Assembly (NCBI GenBank): GCA_037379345.1
Contig: CM074517.1
Location: 21,638,001 to 21,702,000 of the forward strand
Direction: 5' to 3'
DNA length: 64,000 nt
Source: Perna viridis
Lineage: Eukaryota
Below: more notes on this DNA, generated by a model
The model's database searches: none
Told to the model about the DNA's origin: nothing
The model's input: the letters and a program-made list of their open reading frames with translations, nothing else
DNA letters: not shown here
Position numbering within the stretch: the first letter of the stretch is position 1

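Noticed and set aside
48338-63862. Many minus-strand Val-rich and Cys/Ser-rich ORFs, and two short + strand Gln/Leu ORFs
   Set aside because: Shadows of ACN/GAA/GCN codon repeats of the + strand ORF. They start mostly at non-ATG codons, are fragmented by stops and track the repeat period.
17186-64000. Assigning a MUC gene symbol (MUC2, MUC5AC, MUC16, MUC17)
   Set aside because: Similarity is compositional only; no vWD, CysD, SEA or TM domain is visible in the window.

Overview
AT-rich animal genomic DNA, probably a bivalve mollusc judging from the SINE, Helentron and Penelope-like repeat families (inference, no search run). Bases 1-17.1 kb are intronic or intergenic: decayed repeats, nested TIR elements and one candidate small exon. 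From 17186 to the window end (+ strand) runs one uninterrupted ORF of 46,815 bp (15,605 codons, no stop seen), which the supplied ORF track omits, presumably because it does not terminate. It encodes a signal peptide, a short unique N-terminus, a cationic mucin-like block (36 near-identical 849-bp/283-aa units plus one 324-bp truncated unit, 17494-48430), then an abrupt switch to an anionic Thr/Glu/Ala block (about 213-216-bp monomers in 1260/2544/3744/6288-bp higher-order repeats) that continues past 64000. The main finding is this giant, apparently single-exon, secreted, almost Cys-free charge-diblock mucin-like protein with a basic-residue cluster in every unit of the first block.
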